DNA of 64,000 nt from an uncultured Planctomycetia bacterium (GTDB lineage Bacteria > Omnitrophota > Gorgyraeia > Tantalellales > Tantalellaceae): contig CAZGQR010000008.1 in NCBI GenBank assembly GCA_964527765.1, positions 14,264 to 78,263 on the forward strand. Reading direction: 5' to 3'. Under the pieces are notes generated by a model, which made no database searches, was not told where the DNA came from, and worked only from the letters and a program-made list of their open reading frames with translations. Positions 56,935 through 64,000 of the stretch are shown piece by piece; positions within the stretch are counted from its first letter, which is position 1, and each line of letters opens with the position of its first letter. The translations under genes were made by a program, and so were the position numbers.

Positions 56935-57975
56935 TTAAATTATCAGCATTGCGTCCCCGTACGAAAAAAATCTAAAACCCGACCTCATCGCTTTCCTGTA
57001 GGCCTTGAAAATAAGATCCCTGCCGGCAAAAGCACACACCAGCATGAGAAGCGTTGATCCCGGCAGATGAAAATTAGTGATAACAGCATCTGTCATTTTG
57101 AACTCATACCCGGGGTAAATAAAAAGATCTGTTTCCCCTGCTAGCGGCAAAACCCTGCCCGTCTTCCCGGCAGCTGTTTCTATCGCCCGCGTCGAAGTTG
57201 TCCCCACGGCAAATACCTTGCCGCCTGAAGCTTTCGTATCGTTAATCACATGCGCGGCCTCCTCGCTTATCTCGTAATGTTCCGCATGTATAACATGTTC
57301 TTCGATATTTTCGGCCGTAACGGGCGCAAAGGTCCCGTAACTGGTATGTAAAGTGATATAAGCGGTTTTTATGCCTTTTTCGTCAAGTTTCTCCAGCAAC
57401 TCGCCCGTAAAGTGCAGTCCCGCCGTAGGAGAAGCTGTCGCACCGTCCTTGCGCGCAAACACTGTCTGGTAATCATCCTTATCTTCCGGACGTTCTTCAC
57501 GTGATACGTAAGGCGGCAAGGGCACGTGTCCTCCTCTTAAAACTTCTTCGAGAGACGCGTCAAACTGCACGAAACGCCCGGCATCTGCCGGGCCGAGAAT
57601 AGTAGCGCGCACGCCGCTTTCAAGCTCGATCTCCTCTCCTTCCCTGACACGTTTTGAGGGCCGGATAAGCGCCCGGCATGCAGGGAAACTTTTTTCCGGC
57701 ATGGCAGGCATCTTTGGATCGAGATCAAGAAGAAATATCTCGACTTTTCCGCCTGTCTTTCTCCTGCCGTAAAGCCGGGCGGGAATCACACGCGTGTCAT
57801 TCAGGACCAGACAATCTCCCTTCTTTACATAATCGGTTATGTCACTAAAAACTTTTTCCGTAATGGTCCTTTCAGTCCGGTCAAGAACCATCAAACGCGC
57901 CGCATCTCTCTTCTCCAGAGGTTCCTGGGCTATCAGTTCCCTGGACAGATCGTAATAAAATTCACTGAGCTTCAT
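56935..57975 (-). CDS. queA: S-adenosylmethionine:tRNA ribosyltransferase-isomerase
   Basis: NDTRVIPARL, PLPPY, YQTVFA, PTAGLHF, AVGTT, TNFHLP, FFSYGDAM. Confidence 0.97.
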   Translation of the reverse strand: MKLSEFYYDLSRELIAQEPLEKRDAARLMVLDRTERTITEKVFSDITDYVKKGDCLVLNDTRVIPARLYGRRKTGGKVEIFLLDLDPKMPAMPEKSFPACRALIRPSKRVREGEEIELESGVRATILGPADAGRFVQFDASLEEVLRGGHVPLPPYVSREERPEDKDDYQTVFARKDGATASPTAGLHFTGELLEKLDEKGIKTAYITLHTSYGTFAPVTAENIEEHVIHAEHYEISEEAAHVINDTKASGGKVFAVGTTSTRAIETAAGKTGRVLPLAGETDLFIYPGYEFKMTDAVITNFHLPGSTLLMLVCAFAGRDLIFKAYRKAMRSGFRFFSYGDAMLII

Positions 57976-58008
57976 AATGACTTCTGCACAAACATTTTCT
58001 CTGAGCTT

Positions 58009-59220
58009 TTATTTCTTTAAGACCTTTAATAGATCAGCGATCTCCGCGCCCGGATAATAATATTCCAGGATCCTCTCGGTACTCCACCTCCTGAGCCCCA
58101 GACCGAACGCGCCCCACTGGCACATCCCTACCCCATGCCCCCAGCCATACCCGCTGAAAAGGTAAAAAAGCGGGTACCTCTTTACTTTAAAATTGGCGCT
58201 TTTCAGGATCCTTCTGCCGATGACAGACCTGAAATCTTCAGTCGTTATTTCAAACCATTTGTTTTTTGATTTTATCCTCACATATTCCAGGCGCCCCGAG
58301 TTATCCCGTTTTCCGCCCCTGATATCGTCGATCTTTTTTATCTGATAGCCCCTGTCGTTGAGTCTTTCAAGAATAAGGCGGGTCGGCACGCGCACCTGCC
58401 AGCGAAAATGAGGTGACCACCTGCACCAGGAACATTTCACGCTTTTGAGGGGGCCGGCATTTTCTCCCGCAACAGACCATTCCGGGTTCTTTCCCCATAT
58501 ACGTGAAACATCCTGGGTATGTCCGCCGCAACAGGAATGAAAATACGCCGGCAGGATCTTCCCCCTATATTCCAGGACTTTGCTCCCCGTAGCTTCAACC
58601 GCCTTGGTTGTCCGCCATCTCTCGCTGGACTTCCCGCCATAAACCTGCGAAGACGTATCGGCGGTCAGGTCATATTCTTTGTCCCCTCGGCGCAGCGCCT
58701 GATATACCGCGAAACTGCGCGAGGCGATCGCCTGCGCTTTTATTACCGCGAACGGCCAGAAACGGTGCACCTCCCGCGGTACTACACCTTTCAGATAATC
58801 TTCCAGCTCCACCCTGTTGACCGCATCAAACCCTTTGTCCGTTCTCACAATATCCATCTGCCCCCTGTAGATCACGCCGTTCAGCATAATGCCATCACCC
58901 GGGACAGAAGAGATCCGGATACGCGGAACGTTAAATACTTTCCCGCCGAGATCTATGCCTCCGCCGGCAGGCATGACTTTCGTGGCGCCGGGGATCACGA
59001 TCCCGCTTTCCAGCAGGTTTCCCGTTTCAGCATCACGCACTTCGCATTTCTTTTTTTCGCTTCCGAGCTTCAACTCGCCCGCATCATGGACAAGACGGAC
59101 GCGTATAACAAAAGGGCGCTTTTTTACGGGGAATGGTTCCAGGGGGATAAAAAGGAATTTAAAAACTGCAAGGGCCAGTACAAGAATTATACCCAGCCGG
59201 ATCATTCTTTTATTCAGCAT
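58009..59220 (-). CDS. SpoIID/LytB domain protein
   Basis: LEDYLKGVVP.E, KAQAIASRS, SQVYGG, FHSCCGG, GWGHGVGMCQWGA, IL.YYYPG. Confidence 0.93.
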   Translation of the reverse strand: MLNKRMIRLGIILVLALAVFKFLFIPLEPFPVKKRPFVIRVRLVHDAGELKLGSEKKKCEVRDAETGNLLESGIVIPGATKVMPAGGGIDLGGKVFNVPRIRISSVPGDGIMLNGVIYRGQMDIVRTDKGFDAVNRVELEDYLKGVVPREVHRFWPFAVIKAQAIASRSFAVYQALRRGDKEYDLTADTSSQVYGGKSSERWRTTKAVEATGSKVLEYRGKILPAYFHSCCGGHTQDVSRIWGKNPEWSVAGENAGPLKSVKCSWCRWSPHFRWQVRVPTRLILERLNDRGYQIKKIDDIRGGKRDNSGRLEYVRIKSKNKWFEITTEDFRSVIGRRILKSANFKVKRYPLFYLFSGYGWGHGVGMCQWGAFGLGLRRWSTERILEYYYPGAEIADLLKVLKK

Positions 59221-59322
59221 AATTATTTACTTTGACGATCTGCGATTCGCCGTCATGAGCGGAGAAGCAAAAATATCAGGATTGGTTCAAGTCAGCGCCG
59301 CGTCATCCTGGCGGCACCGGGA

Positions 59323-59550
59323 TTATCTTCTGAAAAACAGAAAAAACAACAGAGACAACAATATGCTTACCAGGATACAGGTAGCCAGGGGAAAATAAAA
59401 CGTAAAGTTTCCGCGCCTGAGAATGATATCTCCCGGCAATCTCCCCAACCACGGCAATTTCGATGCCAGAAGAACTATTCCTCCTACCAAAACCAATAAC
59501 AAACCAAACGCAATAAGATATTTCCCGATAATCTGCACCAAGGAGCTCAA
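59323..59550 (-). CDS. DUF2905 small membrane protein
   Basis: GRLPGDI, FYFPLATCIL.S; typical position after ruvB. Confidence 0.9.
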   Translation of the reverse strand: MSSLVQIIGKYLIAFGLLLVLVGGIVLLASKLPWLGRLPGDIILRRGNFTFYFPLATCILVSILLSLLFFLFFRR

Positions 59551-60593
59551 AACAATTCTTTCTGGCGGTTACCCCTCTTGTCCATGTACTTATACGCTTC
59601 TTCCGTCAGCTCGCGCCCGCGCGGTGTTCTTCTTAAAAACCCTATTTTTAAAAGATACGGTTCGACAATATCCTCTATGGTATCCGTCTCTTCGTTAAGC
59701 GACGAAGCAATGGCATCTATGCCTACCGGGCCGCCTTTGTAAGACGTGTACATCACATCAAGCATTTTGCGGTCTATCCTGTCCAGCCCCTTTTCATCTA
59801 TACCATGGCCGCTTAAAGCGTTGATGGTGGCTTCACGGGTAATACGTCCGTCCGCCTTGACCTCCGCCCAATCCCTGACCCTTCTTAACAGACGGTTAGC
59901 TATGCGGGGCGTACCTCTTGAACGTTTCGCGATATCCGTAGCTCCCTCATCATCGATAAAGATGCCCAGAAGCTTGGCGGAACGCTTGAGGATCATTTCC
60001 AGTTCTTTCGGGGAATAAAAGTCAAGATGAAAGAACATGCCGAATCTGTCCCTGAGAGGAGAGCTCAAAAGGCCCGCGCGTGTAGTGGCCCCGACAAGAG
60101 TGAAACGTTTGAGATTGAACTTTATCGTTTTTGCGTAAGGCCCTTTATCCACCAGAAAGTCTATCTGAAAGTTCTCCATGGCAGGGTAAATGAACTCCTC
60201 CACGACCTTGGACAGGCGATGGATCTCATCGATAAAAAGGATATCCCCTTCCGACAGATTGGTCAATATGCCTATAAGATCACCCGCTCTCTCAATAGCC
60301 GGACCGCTCGTGGCTGTTATCTTGCTGCCTTTCTCATTCGCGATTATATGCGCCAGTGATGTCTTCCCGAGGCCCGGAGGCCCGGAAAGAAGTATATGCT
60401 CTATCGGTTCGTTCCTTTTCTTGGCCGCCTGAAGTCCCACGCTGAGGGGCTCTACCACTGCGCTCTGCCCGATGAAATCCTTGATCAGGCTCGGCCTGAG
60501 CGTAAGGTTCATGATAACATCGTCTTCGGTCTCGCCCTGGCGGACTATTTGCTCGCTTTTATCAATAAATTTTTCGCGTTCATCCCCTGACAT
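59547..60593 (-). CDS. ruvB: Holliday junction branch migration helicase
   Basis: GPPGLGKT, FIDEIHRL, GATTRAG, RGTPRIANRLLRRVRD. Confidence 0.98.
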   Translation of the reverse strand: MSGDEREKFIDKSEQIVRQGETEDDVIMNLTLRPSLIKDFIGQSAVVEPLSVGLQAAKKRNEPIEHILLSGPPGLGKTSLAHIIANEKGSKITATSGPAIERAGDLIGILTNLSEGDILFIDEIHRLSKVVEEFIYPAMENFQIDFLVDKGPYAKTIKFNLKRFTLVGATTRAGLLSSPLRDRFGMFFHLDFYSPKELEMILKRSAKLLGIFIDDEGATDIAKRSRGTPRIANRLLRRVRDWAEVKADGRITREATINALSGHGIDEKGLDRIDRKMLDVMYTSYKGGPVGIDAIASSLNEETDTIEDIVEPYLLKIGFLRRTPRGRELTEEAYKYMDKRGNRQKELF

Positions 60594-60595
60594 GT

Positions 60596-61219
60596 TTAGG
60601 GCGCCTTTCTCTCTCTGTAAACCTCGTTCAATAATTCCCCGCTTGTCTTGACATCCGGGGCCCTTTCCAGGGCTTTCCGGACCATATCCTCCGCCTCGCT
60701 CTTTTTATATTGCAACTGAAGCAGGATATCAAGGGCCTCGCTCCCGATATCCTCGTGCCCTTCCATTTTGCCGACAAACTCATCCCGTATAAGCCCGTAC
60801 TTGCCTACCTTGCCCTGAAGCTTTGCCACGATCTGCCGGGCCCTTTGTTCCCCTATGCCGGGCAGTTTCTTAAGAAAAGAGATATCGCCGCTGTCAATGG
60901 CCCCGGCTATTACCGAGAACGGTTCCACGAGGGCCTTGCAAGCTGCCTTGGGACCTACTCCGGAGACCGAAATGAATTTCTCAAAAAACTCTCTTTCAAC
61001 TTCGTTCTGAAAACCGATAAGCACCGGAACGGTGCGTGAAGGTTCAACTTGGTGGTAATGATAAGTTATGAGCCCAAGCTGCCCCTTAAACCCGTTCTCC
61101 TTTTCTATCGCCTTCATGACGGTAAACGGGATAAGGATCTCGTAGCATATGCCGCCGGTATCTACAAGGATCGCTCCTTCTTTTTCGCCTACAACAGTAC
61201 CGGATATTCGCGATATCAT
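60596..61219 (-). CDS. ruvA: Holliday junction DNA-binding protein
   Basis: MI..I.G, VSGVGPK, PGIG HhH motifs; between ruvC and ruvB. Confidence 0.95.
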   Translation of the reverse strand: MISRISGTVVGEKEGAILVDTGGICYEILIPFTVMKAIEKENGFKGQLGLITYHYHQVEPSRTVPVLIGFQNEVEREFFEKFISVSGVGPKAACKALVEPFSVIAGAIDSGDISFLKKLPGIGEQRARQIVAKLQGKVGKYGLIRDEFVGKMEGHEDIGSEALDILLQLQYKKSEAEDMVRKALERAPDVKTSGELLNEVYRERKAP

Positions 61220-61731
61220 GATGCCTTCCCTTTTGTCACGGATCTTTTCTGCTCCACACCTTCAATATACACGTAACTGATCGCCATAGCAAGAGCATCA
61301 CTGACATCAGGAGGCTCGGGAAGCGTATTAAGTTTTAGAAGCGACTTGACCATCCTTTGTACCTGGTGCTTGCCTGCTCTGCCGTTGCCGGTAACGGCTT
61401 TCTTGATACGCGTTGCCGGGTAATTTATAAGCTCCACATTGTTCACTCCGCATGCCAAGCAGACAACCCCCCTGGCATGCCCCATGAGTATCGACGTAGT
61501 GGGATGCTTGTAATGAGAGTAAAGTTTCTCCAGGACAAGGACCCGGGGCTTATGCTCCGCTATTATATCCGTCAGATTCTTATATATACCGGCAACGCGC
61601 TCGGAGATACCGTCCTCAGGAGAAGTCCTGATGATCCCGGCTTCTAATAACCTCACCCGGTCCGGCCCGTCCGCTTCGATCAGGCCGTATCCGGTCCTCA
61701 ACAATCCTGGGTCAACTCCTAAAATCCTCAC
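61216..61731 (-). CDS. ruvC: Holliday junction resolvase
   Basis: ILGVDPG, HARG, KKAVTGNG.A.K.QV, D.SDALA. Confidence 0.96.
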   Translation of the reverse strand: MRILGVDPGLLRTGYGLIEADGPDRVRLLEAGIIRTSPEDGISERVAGIYKNLTDIIAEHKPRVLVLEKLYSHYKHPTTSILMGHARGVVCLACGVNNVELINYPATRIKKAVTGNGRAGKHQVQRMVKSLLKLNTLPEPPDVSDALAMAISYVYIEGVEQKRSVTKGKAS

Positions 61732-61735
61732 AAAA

Positions 61736-62494
61736 TCAGCCGCTATCTTCTACTTTCTTTAAAATCTCATCCGGGATATCAAAATTGGAATAGACATTCT
61801 GAACGTCATCATTATCTTCAAGATCCTCCACGAGAGCCAGGACTTTTTTCGCGGTTTCCATGTCTTCGACCCTGATGGTATTCTTTGGGACCATGCTCAG
61901 CTCCCCGGATTCGATCGGCACGTTCTTTTTATTAAGCCCTGACCGAACTTTATCAAAATCCGTGGGCGCGCAGACGATCTGATAAAAATCCTCATCAAAA
62001 GTAAGGTCTTCAGCGCCCGCCTCCAGTGCTATGTTCAAAAGCTCATCCTCATCCGCATCCCCTCTCTTCACCATGAAGACGCCTTTCTTATCGAACTGAA
62101 ACGTGACTGACCCGGCTCCCGCCATGTTCCCTCCGCGCTTTGTAAAGATATTGCGGACTTCGCTGGTCGTGCGGTTCTTATTATCCGTCAGGCCTTCCAC
62201 TATCACAGCCACGCCGCCGGGCGCGTATCCTTCGAAGGACACGGTTTCATAAGAAACGCCCCCCAACTCACCGGTACCCTTTTTTATCCCGCGCTCGATA
62301 TTATCCGCCGGCATGTTGGCGTCTTTGGCTTTCTGGATCGCCAGGCGTAACCTGGGGTTGGAATCCACTCCTCCTCCGCCTTCCCTCGCCGCCACGGTTA
62401 TTTCCCGGATCAGTTTTGTGAATATCTTGCCGCGCTTGGCATCCGCTGCCCCTTTTTTGTGCTTGATGCTTGCCCATTTGGAATGTCCGGACAT
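61736..62494 (-). CDS. yebC: YebC/PmpR family protein
   Basis: MSGHSKW, NPRLR, EGY.PGG, TDNKNRT, DDVQNVY. Confidence 0.97.
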   Translation of the reverse strand: MSGHSKWASIKHKKGAADAKRGKIFTKLIREITVAAREGGGGVDSNPRLRLAIQKAKDANMPADNIERGIKKGTGELGGVSYETVSFEGYAPGGVAVIVEGLTDNKNRTTSEVRNIFTKRGGNMAGAGSVTFQFDKKGVFMVKRGDADEDELLNIALEAGAEDLTFDEDFYQIVCAPTDFDKVRSGLNKKNVPIESGELSMVPKNTIRVEDMETAKKVLALVEDLEDNDDVQNVYSNFDIPDEILKKVEDSG

Positions 62495-62497
62495 GTA

Positions 62498-64000
62498 TTA
62501 CTCCTCTTCTTTTTTCCCTTTCTTGCTCTGTTCGATGATCTTCTGCGCCAGATTGGAGGGAACCTGCTCGTAATGAGAAAATGACATCGTGTAAGTCGCC
62601 CTCCCCGCGGTAAGCGATTTCAATTCGTTGGCGTACTTATACATCTCCTCCAGAGGTATCTGGGCTTTCACGACCTGCATGCCGCCCTCGGGATTCATTC
62701 CCTGAACCCGGCCGCGACGGGAACTTAAACTCCCTGTTATGTCGCCCATATTCTCCTCGGGAACCGTAAGCTCCACGTTCATGATGGGTTCCAGGAGCGC
62801 CGGCTTGGCTTTTCCGCAGGCTTCGCGAAACGCATGCGCGGCGGCTATCTGAAAAGCGATGTCCTTGGAATCCACGGGGTGGGTCTTGCCGTCATAGACG
62901 ACCACCCTTATATCGATCACCGGATACCCCGCTACCGCCCCTTCTTCCAACGCGTTCTTTATGCCCTTTTCACAGCTCCCGACAAACTGCCTGGGTATGG
63001 CCCCGCCGACAACCTCATCGACAAACTGGAATCCCTCGCCGCGGGCAAGCGGCTCGACCCGCATCCAGACTTCGGCAAACTGCCCGGCTCCGCCTGTCTG
63101 CTTCTTGTGTCTGTACTTGGAATCACCGTTAGCAGTTATGGTCTCCTTATAGGCCACTTTCGGGGTCCCTATCTCCACATCCACTCCGTAACGGTTCTTC
63201 ATCCTTCCGATCATCGCTTTGAGATGAAGATCCCCCATGCCGGAAACGATGAGCTCGTGGGTCTGCTTGTCCCTGGTCATCTGAAACGTCGGATTCTCAG
63301 CCGTAAGCTTCATAAGAACATTGGATATTTTATCCTCGTCAGACCGGCTCTTGGGTTTTATCGAAAAGCTTATGGCCGGTTCGGGAAAACTGATATTCTT
63401 GAATCTTACCGGCGCCTTATCGTCAGAAAGAGAGTCGCCTGTATCGGTATCTTTCAGTTTTGCCACTGCCGCGATATCCCCGGCAATCGCGGAATCAGCC
63501 TGCACCTGCTCCTTTCCCTTCAGGTACATTAGCTGCCCGATTTTTTCGACACTGTCCTTCGTGGAGTTTTTAATCGATTGGTTTGAAACGGCTTTTCCGG
63601 ACCTCACACGGAACACCGATATCTGCCCGGCATAAGGATCCGATATCGTCTTGAACACCTGGGCGGAAAAAGTGCCTTCGGCTTTCGGCTCCACGATTGC
63701 CGCGCTTTCGCCTTCGGTTTCCCCGCCGGGAGATTCCAGCTCAGCCCCGGGACGATCTTCGGGAGAAGGCATATAATCGCTTATTATTTTCATGATCTCA
63801 TCGACACCTATATCCTTTTCTACCGATGCCGGAATGACCGGAATGATCTTGCCCGACACGACACCGGCCCTGAACGCTTTTCTGAAATCTTCCGGCGAAA
63901 GCTCCCCCTCCTCCAGATATTTCTCAAGAAGAGCGTCGTCAGACTCGGCTACCCCTTCGGTCATCTCGTTGGAAAGCTTGTCCGCTTTTTCTTTGTCAGT
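62498..64000 (-). CDS. fusA: Elongation factor G paralogue (EF-G2-like), 5' truncated by the window
   Basis: GMGDLHL, PKVAYKETI, KKQTGGAGQF, DG..H.VDS, LLEPIM, YTMSFSHY; frame open to the window end; not in an str operon context. Confidence 0.9.
   Translation of the reverse strand, partial: TDKEKADKLSNEMTEGVAESDDALLEKYLEEGELSPEDFRKAFRAGVVSGKIIPVIPASVEKDIGVDEIMKIISDYMPSPEDRPGAELESPGGETEGESAAIVEPKAEGTFSAQVFKTISDPYAGQISVFRVRSGKAVSNQSIKNSTKDSVEKIGQLMYLKGKEQVQADSAIAGDIAAVAKLKDTDTGDSLSDDKAPVRFKNISFPEPAISFSIKPKSRSDEDKISNVLMKLTAENPTFQMTRDKQTHELIVSGMGDLHLKAMIGRMKNRYGVDVEIGTPKVAYKETITANGDSKYRHKKQTGGAGQFAEVWMRVEPLARGEGFQFVDEVVGGAIPRQFVGSCEKGIKNALEEGAVAGYPVIDIRVVVYDGKTHPVDSKDIAFQIAAAHAFREACGKAKPALLEPIMNVELTVPEENMGDITGSLSSRRGRVQGMNPEGGMQVVKAQIPLEEMYKYANELKSLTAGRATYTMSFSHYEQVPSNLAQKIIEQSKKGKKEEE

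Overview
Bacterial chromosomal segment, almost entirely encoded on the - strand; rpmB is the only credible + strand gene. Gene content is compatible with an anaerobe such as a PVC/Omnitrophota-type organism, but this is inference only. The flanks are housekeeping. Left: lnt-like, fabD-fabH-plsX-rpmF, ackA-pta, coaD-rsmD-recG, rpmB, recJ, a CDF transporter, secDF-yajC-tgt. Right: queA, spoIID-like, DUF2905, ruvBAC, yebC and a partial EF-G paralogue. The normally contiguous queA-tgt pair is split by a ~40 kb accessory block with two parts. (i) A ~29 kb surface-glycan locus combining Wza/Wzc/O-antigen-ligase-like genes with Wzm/Wzt, about ten glycosyltransferases, four methyltransferases, an ExeA-like ATPase and an HD-GYP protein. 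(ii) Directly downstream, a ~8.6 kb RiPP-like cassette resembling the SynChlorMet (Scm) system: two radical SAM/SPASM enzymes, a PqqD/RRE protein, an HPr-kinase-like protein, an ABC exporter, an S26-like peptidase with a GNAT-like tail, a nucleotidyltransferase, VanZ, a YkgJ-type Cys-cluster protein fused to a second RRE-like domain, and a 99-aa precursor with a YxxP-L leader and seven CxxG motifs at ~10-residue spacing. This cassette and its link to the glycan locus is the main candidate for a poorly described system. All family assignments come from motif recognition, not from database searches.
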